Under the pieces are notes generated by a model. That model ran no database searches. It saw only the letters and a list, made by a program, of their open reading frames with translations, and was not told the DNA's origin. This document shows, piece by piece, positions 37,384 to 47,319 of a DNA stretch of 64,000 bases; the first letter of the stretch is position 1; each line of letters starts with the position of its first letter. The DNA is taken from positions 358,012 to 422,011 of the forward strand of contig LBNX01000002.1 in assembly GCA_000989185.1 (NCBI GenBank). The letters are read 5' to 3'. Origin of the DNA: a candidate division TM6 bacterium GW2011_GWF2_28_16 (GTDB lineage: Bacteria; Babelota; Babeliae; Babelales; UASB340). Made by a program: the position numbers and the translations under genes.

Positions 37384-38181
37384 ATGGTTTTAGGTAAAAG
37401 AACGTTTACAAAATATTTAAATCCAATATCTGTTATATTAACTTATGTATTTTTGTATTTACCAATATTTATATTAATTTTATTTTCATTTAACGATTCT
37501 TCTGTTTCGATAGAATGGACAGGATTTAGTTTTAGATGGTACTATAAACTTTTTGATTCTCCAGAAATTTGGGCTGCATTAGGAGTATCATTAATTGTTG
37601 CTATATCTTCAACATTAATAAGTTTATTACTAGGAACTCTTTTTGTTATATCTGGTAGATGGATAAAAATAGATTTTATTACTAGTTTATTTAATACAAG
37701 TGTAATTTTGCCAGATATAATTTTAGCTGTGAGCGTGCTTAGTATTTTCGCATTTTTACGAATACCATTAGGTTATGGAAGCTTAATTGTAGGGCATACC
37801 ATAATTGGGCTTGGATTTGTTATTCCAATTGTAAAATCTAGATTTCATGAACTTGATCCAGAGCTTACAGAAGCTTCGCTAGATTTGGGAGCGGGTTATA
37901 TTCAAACATTTTTAAGGGTAATTTTCCCATTATTAACACCATCTCTTGTTGCATCTGGATTGTTAGTTTTTACTTTATCGCTTGATGATTTTTTAATTTC
38001 ATTTTTTTGTTCTAGCCCTACAGTGCAAACTTTGTCTGTTTATGTTTATTCTATGATCAAAACTTGGGTAGATCCTACTATAAATGCTGTTTCTACTTTA
38101 TTATTGCTTGTAAGCAGCATATTAGTTTTATTAATGTCTTATTTAAAAGTTGCAGATAAGGTAGTTTCTAATGAACACTAA
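37384..38181 (+). CDS. potC: Spermidine/putrescine ABC transporter permease
   Basis: EAA loop TEASLDLGAGYIQTFLRVIFP. Abuts the potB stop. Confidence 0.85.
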   Translation: MVLGKRTFTKYLNPISVILTYVFLYLPIFILILFSFNDSSVSIEWTGFSFRWYYKLFDSPEIWAALGVSLIVAISSTLISLLLGTLFVISGRWIKIDFITSLFNTSVILPDIILAVSVLSIFAFLRIPLGYGSLIVGHTIIGLGFVIPIVKSRFHELDPELTEASLDLGAGYIQTFLRVIFPLLTPSLVASGLLVFTLSLDDFLISFFCSSPTVQTLSVYVYSMIKTWVDPTINAVSTLLLLVSSILVLLMSYLKVADKVVSNEH

Positions 38182-39277
38182 ATTAAAACAAGATACTTTT
38201 TGGGAAAAAAATCTTGGTAAAATCTTGATTGTTTTTGTGTATATATTATTGTTTGCAATTTTTTTATATTTGCCTGTAATAAAAAATTTTTTTAGTGAAA
38301 AAAATAAGATTTTAAATGTTTATGCTTTTACCGATATGATATCGCCAGAAACGGCAAAAGAGTTTGAAGATTTAACTGGTATTAAAGTAAACTTAAAATA
38401 CTTTGATACAAATGAAGAACTTTATGCAAAGTTTAAAATCAGTCAGGGTAAGGGGTACGATTTAATAACAACATCAGACAGTACTGTTGAGCTTTTAATT
38501 AATAGTGATCTACTGGCCAAAATAGATATTAATAAATTACTAAATTTTAAAAATATAGATACGAGATTAACTGGTTTATATTTTGATCCTAAAAATCAAT
38601 TTTCTATTCCATATTTTTGGTCTACAGATGGTATAATTTTTAATAAAAATAGATTTAAAAATATTAATGTAGACTGGGATTTGGTTTTTAATAAACCAAA
38701 AAATAATAAATTTAAAATATGTATGTTAGATAGTTCAAAAGAAGCAATATTATTGGTTGCTATAAATTTGTTTAATCGAGTAGACAATTTAACAGATCAA
38801 GAACTAGAACAAATAAAAAAAGTTTTAGTAAATCAAAGTACCTGGGTAGATGCATATATGCTTGCCAGTTTACAATATTATCTATTTTCTGATGTTGTTC
38901 CTCTAGCTATAACATCAAGTGCTTTTGCAAAAAAAGTTTTAGAATTAAGTGATGATTTTGAATATACTATTCCAAAAAATGGAACAATAATTTTGGTAGA
39001 TAATTTAGTAATTCCAAAATCTAGCAAAAAAATAGAATTAGCGCATAAATTTATTGATTTTTTAATTTCTAAAAAAATTATAGCATATAATAGTGATAAA
39101 TTTGGATATAATCCTGCTAATAAATATGCTTATGAATTATTACCAGAAAAATTTGTTAAAAATAAAGCATTTTTTCCTGATAATAATACCTTTAAAAAAT
39201 TATATTTATTGCATAACAATTTAAATGTAAAAAAAATAGATGATTTGTGGTTAGAAGTACAGTTATCAAAAGATTAA
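38171..39277 (+). CDS. potD: Spermidine/putrescine-binding periplasmic protein, N-terminally anchored
   Basis: LNVYAFTDMISPETAKEFEDLTGIKVNLKYFDTNEELYAKF...GYDLITTSD matches the PotD/PotF pattern. Overlaps potC by 11 nt. Confidence 0.8.
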   Translation: MNTKLKQDTFWEKNLGKILIVFVYILLFAIFLYLPVIKNFFSEKNKILNVYAFTDMISPETAKEFEDLTGIKVNLKYFDTNEELYAKFKISQGKGYDLITTSDSTVELLINSDLLAKIDINKLLNFKNIDTRLTGLYFDPKNQFSIPYFWSTDGIIFNKNRFKNINVDWDLVFNKPKNNKFKICMLDSSKEAILLVAINLFNRVDNLTDQELEQIKKVLVNQSTWVDAYMLASLQYYLFSDVVPLAITSSAFAKKVLELSDDFEYTIPKNGTIILVDNLVIPKSSKKIELAHKFIDFLISKKIIAYNSDKFGYNPANKYAYELLPEKFVKNKAFFPDNNTFKKLYLLHNNLNVKKIDDLWLEVQLSKD

Positions 39278-39301
39278 AATATTTTAAATTAAAGGTTTGG
39301 G

Positions 39302-40504
39302 ATGAAGAATTTAAAAAATAAATTTGAACGCGTTAGTCAAAAGTTTGTTAATAAAAAAGAATATTATAAAAAGATAATAGATAAGTGGCGTTTAAAAAAT
39401 GATCTTAGCATGTATAATTCAGCCAATAGTTTATATGAAAAAACAGAGGCTTTATTTAAAGAAATTACAGAAAATTTTACAGCTACGGTAGAAGGACAGC
39501 TTAAGCCTGAATATATAAATAAAAAAATAAAAGAATTTAAACGTGTTAGTAAAAAGTTGAACGATATAACAAAACCTGTTTGGCAGCAATGGATCGAAGC
39601 AATAGTTTTTGCCGGTTCTCTTGTTTTTGTATTACGTACATATGTTTTTGGTCTTTATCATGTGCCTACAGGTTCTGCAGAACCTACAATATTGGTTGGA
39701 GACAGAATTTGGGGAAATAAAACGGTTTATTTTTTTAATAAAATAAAACATGGAGATAGTGTAATTTTTGATAATCCAAGATTTATTTATGACAAATCAA
39801 GTAAAATAAATTATTTTTGGCAAAAATATATTGGGCTGCCTGTTCCATTATTGGGATTGTCTGCTGGTCCAGACAATTGGGTAAAAAGAGTTATAGCTAT
39901 TCCTGGAGATACTATAGAAGGTAGAGTTGAAAATAATAGAACAGTTATTTACAGAAATGGCGTTAAACTTGATGAAACAGCTTATGTAAATAAATATCCA
40001 TTAATTTGTTTAAGAAAGACTACAGGATTTTTACCATTTAATTCTATAGGTATGATTAATATACCGGGCTTTCTTGTTAGTGTTAAAAAACTTGGTTTTT
40101 ATACTTATGATCCAGAAAAATCTTATGACAATCAGCCATTTTATAGCATGAAAGAGAGCGAGATTAAAAAAGATTTGTATGGTTTGCCTATATTAAGAGA
40201 AGCATATTCACCAAGTTATATTTATGATTATGAAACTGGTGATATTGAGCGAAGTGTTGATAACTTTGGACCAATAAGAATACCTGAAGGCAAGTATTGG
40301 GTTATGGGCGATAGCCGTAAAAATAGTGAAGACAGTAGATTTTGGAGTTTGCTGGATGAACATTTAATTCATGGTAGAGCTAGCTTTGTGATTTATTCTG
40401 TAGATAGTGAAGAAGCTCTTTGGATATTTGAACTTATTAAGCATCCAATAGATTTTTGGTTTAAAAATATACGTTACAATAGATTTTTAAAGTGGATTAA
40501 ATAA
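39302..40504 (+). CDS. lepB: Signal peptidase I
   Basis: Catalytic Ser box TGSAEPTILVGD, Lys box VKRVIAIPGD, and GDSRKNSEDSRFW. Confidence 0.85.
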   Translation: MKNLKNKFERVSQKFVNKKEYYKKIIDKWRLKNDLSMYNSANSLYEKTEALFKEITENFTATVEGQLKPEYINKKIKEFKRVSKKLNDITKPVWQQWIEAIVFAGSLVFVLRTYVFGLYHVPTGSAEPTILVGDRIWGNKTVYFFNKIKHGDSVIFDNPRFIYDKSSKINYFWQKYIGLPVPLLGLSAGPDNWVKRVIAIPGDTIEGRVENNRTVIYRNGVKLDETAYVNKYPLICLRKTTGFLPFNSIGMINIPGFLVSVKKLGFYTYDPEKSYDNQPFYSMKESEIKKDLYGLPILREAYSPSYIYDYETGDIERSVDNFGPIRIPEGKYWVMGDSRKNSEDSRFWSLLDEHLIHGRASFVIYSVDSEEALWIFELIKHPIDFWFKNIRYNRFLKWIK

Positions 40505-40507
40505 AAC

Positions 40508-42460
40508 ATGAATAAAAATAAATTTTATGTAACAACGCCAATATATTATGTAAATAGTAAGCCACACTTGGGAACGCTATATTCTACTTTAATAGCAGAT
40601 GTGGCAGCACGTTGGAATAAACTTTTGGGTAAACAAGTATATTTTTTGACAGGCACAGATGAGCATGGTCAAAAAGTAGAAGAAGCAGCACAAAAAAATA
40701 ATAAAGCGCCAAAAGATTTTGTAGACAGCATGATACCTGCTTTTAAAAATACATGGCAAAATTTTGAACTAGATTATAATAAATTTATTAGAACTACAGA
40801 TAAAGAGCATGAACAAGCTGTAACAAGCTTATTAAATATTTTATATAATAATAATGATATTTATAAATCTACTTATTCTGGTTGGTATTGTGTGCCATGC
40901 GAAACTTATGTAACAATAAATCCTGAAATTAAAAAAGATCAAGATGGTAAATATTTATGTCCAACATGTAATAGAGTTTTAAAAGAATTAGAAGAAGAAA
41001 GTTATTTTTTTAGGTTATCTAGTTATCAAGATAAATTACTTGAATTTTACGAAAAAAATCCAGATTTTATAGTTCCAAAAGAAAAGTTAAACGAAGTTAT
41101 TTCTTTTGTTAAATCAGGGTTAAAAGATTTAAGTATCTCTAGAAAAAATATTAAATGGGGCATACCATTGCCTTGGGATAATACTCATACTGCATATGTT
41201 TGGTCCGATGCATTAACAAATTATATTAGTGCTATAGGTTTTGGATCTAAAGATCAAAAAGATATAGAAAATTTTAATAAATATTGGCCAGCAGATTTGC
41301 AAGTCATGGCAAAAGATATAATTCGCTTTCATGCTGTTTATTGGCCTTCTTTTTTAATGGCTGCAAATGTAGCATTGCCAAAAAAATTATTGGTACATGG
41401 TTATATTCTTACAGATGGTGCAAAGATGTCCAAATCTTTGGGCAATGCAACAGACCCAAATGAGCTTGCAAATTTATTTGGTGTTGAGCCATTGCGATAT
41501 TATTTGCTTAGGCAAATGTCTATAAATCAAGATGGTCATTTTGATATACAAGATTTGCAAACTAGAATAGCTTCAGACTTGGCTAATAATTTGGGTAATT
41601 TATTAAATAGAACAGTAACACTTGCAATAAATAATAATTTAATAAATGTTAGTGCGCCAGAAGCATTAGAACCAAAAACTGTAGCATTAAAAGAAAAATG
41701 CGAAGCTGCATACAGAAGTTTTTGGGATGCTATGAATCATTATCAGTTTCATACGGCACTTTCTGAACTGTGGATATTTATTTCGCAGGTTAATGCATTT
41801 TTTCATGAGCAACAACCTTGGACATTGGCAAAAACAGATAAAGAAATGTTTGAAGAAGTTATATATGCTGTCACGCATAGTTTATATGTTATAGGCGTAT
41901 TGCTATGGCCTGTAATGCCTAAAAAGTCACAAGAGTTATTAAGTGCTATAGGTCATGATTTTAATTTAAATAATAATTATGAACAAGATCTAAGAAATAA
42001 TATTTGGAATAAAAAATTTGTTTTAAATAAATTAAATGAGCCTTTATTTATACGTCCGGAGATTGATATGGAAAATAGTGATAGTGCAAAAAAAGATTCT
42101 AGCTTAGAGACTAAGATTACAGATATTCAAGATTTTATAAATATAGAAGATTTTACAAAAGTAAAATTAATTGTAGGAACTATTATAGAGTGTGAGCCTG
42201 TTGCAGGGTCTGATAAGTTATTAAAATTATTAGTAGATATGGGTAGTTTGGGCAAAAAACAAGTGCTTTCTGGCGTTGCACCATATTTTAAACCAGAAGA
42301 GCTTATTGGCAAACAAGGTGTTTATGTACAGAATCTAAAACCACGCAAAATGATGGGTTTAGATTCTAACGGCATGATGCTTTTTGCAAAAGATGAAAGT
42401 GGCAATATGCGCATGGTGACAGTTGCTGGCTCTGTAGATAATGGTACAAGATTATCTTAA
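40508..42460 (+). CDS. metG: Methionyl-tRNA synthetase with a C-terminal tRNA-binding (Trbp111/EMAP-like) domain
   Basis: YVTTPIYYVNSKPHLGT (HIGH-type), Zn knuckle CVPCE...CPTC, KMSKS, and a C-terminal OB-fold (KVKLIVGTIIECEPVAGSDKLLKL). Confidence 0.95.
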   Translation: MNKNKFYVTTPIYYVNSKPHLGTLYSTLIADVAARWNKLLGKQVYFLTGTDEHGQKVEEAAQKNNKAPKDFVDSMIPAFKNTWQNFELDYNKFIRTTDKEHEQAVTSLLNILYNNNDIYKSTYSGWYCVPCETYVTINPEIKKDQDGKYLCPTCNRVLKELEEESYFFRLSSYQDKLLEFYEKNPDFIVPKEKLNEVISFVKSGLKDLSISRKNIKWGIPLPWDNTHTAYVWSDALTNYISAIGFGSKDQKDIENFNKYWPADLQVMAKDIIRFHAVYWPSFLMAANVALPKKLLVHGYILTDGAKMSKSLGNATDPNELANLFGVEPLRYYLLRQMSINQDGHFDIQDLQTRIASDLANNLGNLLNRTVTLAINNNLINVSAPEALEPKTVALKEKCEAAYRSFWDAMNHYQFHTALSELWIFISQVNAFFHEQQPWTLAKTDKEMFEEVIYAVTHSLYVIGVLLWPVMPKKSQELLSAIGHDFNLNNNYEQDLRNNIWNKKFVLNKLNEPLFIRPEIDMENSDSAKKDSSLETKITDIQDFINIEDFTKVKLIVGTIIECEPVAGSDKLLKLLVDMGSLGKKQVLSGVAPYFKPEELIGKQGVYVQNLKPRKMMGLDSNGMMLFAKDESGNMRMVTVAGSVDNGTRLS

Positions 42461-42504
42461 ATAAATTATTTATTTATTAAAATATTAATTAGCAGGAATA
42501 TATT

Positions 42505-43161
42505 ATGTGCAAAAGAATATATTTATATATTTTTATGAGCTTATTTTTTTTACAACTTTTTTCTATGAATGTAGTTAATGAAGTAAAAAAATATAATGCT
42601 AGTGATTTGCATTTGTTATTTATGAAAAATATAGCTGTAAATGAGCTTAAAAATATTTATTTATTAAATAAACCAGAACAAGTATTAAATGGTAAAAAAA
42701 TGTTATATAAAAAATTAATGGTTCTTGATTCTATAGATAGAGCGCCATTTTTTTATTGTTTTTTGGCGCCAAAGTTAGATTTAGAAATGGTTAAATTTTT
42801 GTTAGAAAATAATGCCCCAATTGGTAAAGGTGCTTTATTTGCTGATTATAAAGATATAGTAGCAAAAATTTTAAAATATAAAGATTCGCAAAATAATACG
42901 ATATTTCACTATGCAGTAAATTATAAACATTTAGAATTGATAGAATTTTTTGTCAAAAATGGTGAATATAAATATTTACAAGCAACAAATACTGAAAATA
43001 AAACAGTTGTTAATCTTATAGCAGAAAACGATATAAAATTTATAGAAAAATGTATTGAGATTTTTCGGAATTATTTGGGTGATAATAGTATTGGAATAGA
43101 AAAATATCTTCAAGAGGCAATATTTGATAAAAAAAGTCGCTGTTGTTGTGAGCAGTTTTAA
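42505..43161 (+). CDS. Secreted ankyrin-repeat-like protein ending in CCCEQF
   Basis: SD AGGAA. Signal peptide ...FFLQLFS/M. Degenerate ANK units (NTIFHYAVNYKHLELIEFFVKNG; APFFYCFLAPKLDLEMVKFLLENNA). C-terminus SRCCCEQF. Confidence 0.7.
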   Translation: MCKRIYLYIFMSLFFLQLFSMNVVNEVKKYNASDLHLLFMKNIAVNELKNIYLLNKPEQVLNGKKMLYKKLMVLDSIDRAPFFYCFLAPKLDLEMVKFLLENNAPIGKGALFADYKDIVAKILKYKDSQNNTIFHYAVNYKHLELIEFFVKNGEYKYLQATNTENKTVVNLIAENDIKFIEKCIEIFRNYLGDNSIGIEKYLQEAIFDKKSRCCCEQF

Positions 43162-43253
43162 TTTAATGTAATTATATAAATGAGAATAGTTAGTAGTTTT
43201 GTTGAAAGTTGTAGGTAATTATCAAAATAAATTTAATTTCAATAGGAATACTA

Positions 43254-43916
43254 ATGATAAAAAAAATATTTTTACTTATATTATTTTCGCAAATATATTC
43301 AAATGTTTTTTGCATGCAAGATAAACTTAAAAAAAATTGTGGGCTGACAGAATTGCATTTTATTTTGTTTGATAATCCTACTGTTAAAGAACTTGAGAGT
43401 GGATATTCTTTGGATTCAGAAAATTTAAATACATTTGTTGCTGGTTTGAAGCGATTAGAGTGTGCTTTATCTAGAGTAGATATTTTTCAAAGAGCACCAT
43501 TTTTTATGTGCTTTTTAACTAATAATGAGATAAATTTAGATTTAATTGTTTATTTAATGAAAAAAAAGGCGCCAATTGGTTCTGGAGCTTTGGATGAAAA
43601 ATATAAAGAAAGGGCTCAAGATCTTTTAAGTTCTAAAGATATTGATGAGAATAACTTATTTCATTATGCAGCTTATTATAAACATTTAGAACTTATAGAA
43701 TTTTTTTGTAAAAACTGTGAATATAAAGATTTACATATGCAGAATAAAAATAAAGATTCTATTATGGATATTATTTTAGACACAGATGATGAAGTTTTTA
43801 TAAAAGCTTGCTGGAATATTTTAATTAAATATTTTAATGCACATAAATTTAAAATAGAATATTATCCTAAAGAAAGAGAAAAAAGTAGAAAAATATGTTG
43901 TTGTGAGCAATTTTAG
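43254..43916 (+). CDS. Secreted ankyrin-repeat-like protein ending in CCCEQF; tandem paralog of 42505..43161
   Basis: SD AGGAA. Signal peptide ...YSNVFC/M. NNLFHYAAYYKHLELIEFFCKNC. C-terminus KICCCEQF. The last 18 nt are nearly identical to the paralog. Confidence 0.7.
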   Translation: MIKKIFLLILFSQIYSNVFCMQDKLKKNCGLTELHFILFDNPTVKELESGYSLDSENLNTFVAGLKRLECALSRVDIFQRAPFFMCFLTNNEINLDLIVYLMKKKAPIGSGALDEKYKERAQDLLSSKDIDENNLFHYAAYYKHLELIEFFCKNCEYKDLHMQNKNKDSIMDIILDTDDEVFIKACWNILIKYFNAHKFKIEYYPKEREKSRKICCCEQF

Positions 43917-43925
43917 ATTAAATTT

Positions 43926-45179
43926 ATGGGGAGAGATATGTCAAAGTTTGATGCTCAAAAATTAAAAAAAGATTTTATGTTTTTTGAACATAATAAAAAT
44001 TTAATTTATTTAGATAGTGCAGCGACTACTCAAAAACCCAAACAGGTAATTCAAACTTTAGTAGATTTTTACGAAAAATATAATTCTAATGTTCACAGGT
44101 CTATACACGAAATGGGCGAAGCTTCGACTTCATTATACGAGCAGGCTCGACAGGATATAGCGAAATTTTTTAATGCATATCCTGAAGAAGTTATATTTAC
44201 ATCTGGAACTACAGAGGGAATTAATTTTATTGCAGATACCTGGGGCAGGGATAATCTAAAATCTGGTGATTATATAGTAACAACGCAAGTAGAGCACCAT
44301 GCTAACTTTTTGCCTTGGTTAAGATTAATAAAAAGAAATAATGCCAAATTAAAGTTTTTAGAATTAGATATAAAAACTTTTTTTATAAAAAATAATTTAG
44401 ATGATAATAATTTTTGGGATAAAAATATTAAATTATTATCGATATCTGGTAATTCGAATATATTAAGTGACTTTTGGCAAGATAATAACTTGCAAGAATT
44501 TATTGATAAAGCGCATTCTATTGGGGCTAAAGTTTTATTAGACGCTTCGCAAATGGCACCATGCAAAAAAATAGATGTAAAAAAATTAAATATAGATTTT
44601 ATGGTTCTCTCTGGTCATAAAATGTTGGCACCTACAGGTATTGGCGTTTTATTTATAAAAAAAGAATTACACGATAAAGTTGAACCATACAGAGTTGGAG
44701 GCTCTATGGTGCAAGCTGCATCTTTTAATGATGCAATATGGAAACAAGCACCAGATAAATTTGAAGCTGGAACTCCTGCAATAGCTCAGGCAATAGGTTT
44801 GGGCCAAGCTGTAAAATATCTAGAAAAAAATATTAATTTTAAAGAATACGAAAAGCACACAGCTAATTTATGTAGTTTATTAATAGATGGTTTATTAAAA
44901 ATAAAAGATATAAATATTATAGGTAATATAGAACAACTTAAAAAAACTGGGCATTTAGTTAGCTTTTATTTGCCCTATATTCATGCGCATGATCTTAGTG
45001 GATTTTTGGCAGGATTGGGCGTTGCTGTGCGAAGTGGGCATCACTGTGCACAGCCATTAGCATCTGTGTTGGGATTAGTTTCTACAGTTCGTGTAAGCTT
45101 TTATATTTATAGCACTGTAAATGACGTAGAAATTTTTTTAGATAAATTAAATGAGACCATAAAGTTTTTTAGAAAGTAG
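43926..45179 (+). CDS. sufS: Cysteine desulfurase, SufS type
   Basis: YLDSAATTQKP, PLP-Lys context LSGHKMLAPTGIGVL, active-site RSGHHCAQP. The start may be ATG 43938. Confidence 0.9.
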   Translation: MGRDMSKFDAQKLKKDFMFFEHNKNLIYLDSAATTQKPKQVIQTLVDFYEKYNSNVHRSIHEMGEASTSLYEQARQDIAKFFNAYPEEVIFTSGTTEGINFIADTWGRDNLKSGDYIVTTQVEHHANFLPWLRLIKRNNAKLKFLELDIKTFFIKNNLDDNNFWDKNIKLLSISGNSNILSDFWQDNNLQEFIDKAHSIGAKVLLDASQMAPCKKIDVKKLNIDFMVLSGHKMLAPTGIGVLFIKKELHDKVEPYRVGGSMVQAASFNDAIWKQAPDKFEAGTPAIAQAIGLGQAVKYLEKNINFKEYEKHTANLCSLLIDGLLKIKDINIIGNIEQLKKTGHLVSFYLPYIHAHDLSGFLAGLGVAVRSGHHCAQPLASVLGLVSTVRVSFYIYSTVNDVEIFLDKLNETIKFFRK

Positions 45180-45182
45180 TTT

Positions 45183-45566
45183 ATGAATAATAAAATTTAT
45201 CAAGAAAGATTAATGGAGCATTTTAAAAACTCTATCTATAAAAACAAAATAGCAAATCCAGATTTTTCTAGTGGCCAGCAAAACCCATCTTGTGGTGATA
45301 GCATTTTAATTGAGGGTAAGTTGGGTGTAGACTCAGATACTGGAAAAAACATAATAAAAGAATTAAGTTTTAATGGTTCTGGTTGCGTTATTAGTCAGGC
45401 AGCAGCATCGATTTTAATAGAAAATTGCTTAGGTAAAACTGTAGAAGAAATATTAAAGCTTGACTCAAATGATATTATTAAAATGTTAGGTATAGAGTTA
45501 GGGCCAAATAGAATTAAGTGTGCTTTATTGTCTTTGGAGGCGTTAAAAGCTAGTTTGAAAAAATAA
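45183..45566 (+). CDS. sufU: Fe-S cluster assembly sulfur-acceptor/scaffold, SufU type
   Basis: NPSCGDSI, GSGCVISQA and RIKCALL, the three conserved Cys. Lies directly after sufS. Confidence 0.85.
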   Translation: MNNKIYQERLMEHFKNSIYKNKIANPDFSSGQQNPSCGDSILIEGKLGVDSDTGKNIIKELSFNGSGCVISQAAASILIENCLGKTVEEILKLDSNDIIKMLGIELGPNRIKCALLSLEALKASLKK

Positions 45567-45589
45567 TTTTAAATAAAAGGGGGAGATTT

Positions 45590-47230
45590 ATGTTAAAAAA
45601 TATAAAATATTATTTATTAATTTTATTTTTGATAATATTTAGTGTAAATCTAAAATCGAATACAGAAAATATTATAAATTTTGAAGGTGATAGCATGCTA
45701 GATATTCAAATTACAGAAAAAAGTTTTTGGCAAAATGATGTAGAAGGTTACGTCTTTTTGTTAAAAGAGGGGCTTTATTCTACTGGTCAAGATACAGACT
45801 TTGAAAAAGTAGAAAAAGAATATTATCCAAATTTAAGAGACATTTTATCTAAGCATAAATTTACAGGAAAATTTGGTGAGATTTTTGTTTTAACAGGAAC
45901 AAAAAACAATAAACTTGTACAGTTTATATTTGCAGGCTTAGGTAAACTTGATACAACGTGGAACTATGAACTGGAAAATTTAAGAAGAACAATAGGATCA
46001 GTTGTTTTAAAATTAAAAGAATTAGAAATAAAAACAGCTGTTCTTGAATTACCTGCAGATGATAAACCTTTTGGTCTTATAAGAGATAGATTAATAAGAC
46101 AGGTTGTAATTGCAGCTCTTATGGCTAATTATGAATTTACAGAATTTAAAACAGATAAAGAGGGTAAAGAAAAACTTGAATATAAACTTTTAATTTATCC
46201 AGGTGATAAACAAGAACAAACTTATGTATTAGGCTTGCAAGAGGGTTTAATAATTGGTAATGCTACAAATTTTACAAGAATGTTACAAGATTTGCCTGCA
46301 AATTATTTAAATCCAAAAGCTCTTGCAGAACAAGCTAAAATTTTGGCAGATGAGCATAATCTAGAATGTAAAGTTTTAGGAGTTAAAGAAGCTCAAAAGC
46401 TTGGGATGGGTGGCTTTTTGGCTGTTAGCTCTGGTTCAGATAATGAACCACAATTTGTTATTTTAGAATATAATAATGACAAAAAAGATGTGCCAACTAT
46501 AGCTCTTGTTGGTAAGGGAGTAACATTCGATTCTGGCGGAATAAGCTTAAAACCTTCAGATTCTATGACAGGCATGAAGTTTGATATGTCTGGTGCTGCG
46601 GCAGTCTATGGTGCATTTAAAATTATTGCACAACTAAAACCAAATGTTAGAGTTATTGGCATTACACCACTAGTAGAAAACATGCCAAGTGGTAAAGCTT
46701 GCAGACAAGATGATATAATTAGATTTTTGAATGGCAAAACTGCAGAGATCAAAAATACAGATGCAGAGGGCAGATTAATTTTAGCTGATGCACTTTCGTA
46801 TGCAGAAAAATTTTATAGCCCAGATGTTATTGTTGATATAGCTACTTTAACTGGTGCATGCTTGTACGCATTGGGTCATTCGTTTACAGCTCTTATGACA
46901 TTAAACGATGATATTGGAACAAAATTGCAAGCAACTGGTTTAGTTACAGGTGATAGAGTTTGGCCATTGCCTTTAGATAAAGATTTTAAAGATGCCATTA
47001 AATCTGAAGTTGCAGATATTGCAAATATTGGTGCCTCAAATTATAAAGCCGGAACAATTACAGCAGCATGGTTTTTGAAAAATTTTGTTGAAAAAGCAAA
47101 ATGGGCTCATTTAGATATTGCTGGTACTGCAGACGGTGTTCCTGGAGTTAGTTATTTAGGCAAAGGTGCAACTGGTGCAGGCGTTAGACTTATGTCTGAG
47201 TTTGTTTTAAATTATAATAAAAACAAGTAA
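45590..47230 (+). CDS. pepA: Leucyl aminopeptidase (M17), possibly with an N-terminal signal-like extension
   Basis: VGKGVTFDSGGISLKP, MKFDMSGAAAV, NTDAEGRLILAD, ATLTGAC. Two candidate starts: 45590 (SD AAGGGGGAG) and 45695 (SD GAAGGTGA). Confidence 0.9.
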   Translation: MLKNIKYYLLILFLIIFSVNLKSNTENIINFEGDSMLDIQITEKSFWQNDVEGYVFLLKEGLYSTGQDTDFEKVEKEYYPNLRDILSKHKFTGKFGEIFVLTGTKNNKLVQFIFAGLGKLDTTWNYELENLRRTIGSVVLKLKELEIKTAVLELPADDKPFGLIRDRLIRQVVIAALMANYEFTEFKTDKEGKEKLEYKLLIYPGDKQEQTYVLGLQEGLIIGNATNFTRMLQDLPANYLNPKALAEQAKILADEHNLECKVLGVKEAQKLGMGGFLAVSSGSDNEPQFVILEYNNDKKDVPTIALVGKGVTFDSGGISLKPSDSMTGMKFDMSGAAAVYGAFKIIAQLKPNVRVIGITPLVENMPSGKACRQDDIIRFLNGKTAEIKNTDAEGRLILADALSYAEKFYSPDVIVDIATLTGACLYALGHSFTALMTLNDDIGTKLQATGLVTGDRVWPLPLDKDFKDAIKSEVADIANIGASNYKAGTITAAWFLKNFVEKAKWAHLDIAGTADGVPGVSYLGKGATGAGVRLMSEFVLNYNKNK

Positions 47231-47260
47231 TTAACAAAAAAATATTTTACAATTTTTTAA

Positions 47261-47302
47261 ATATAAAGCCCATAATATTTTTATGGGCTTTATATTTTTT
47301 TA
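47261..47302. terminator. Hairpin terminator between convergent pepA and 47320..47721
   Basis: ATATAAAGCCCATAA-TATTT-TTATGGGCTTTATAT, a perfect 15-bp stem followed by T7. Confidence 0.8.
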
Positions 47303-47319
47303 ATAAATTAATTAAATTA

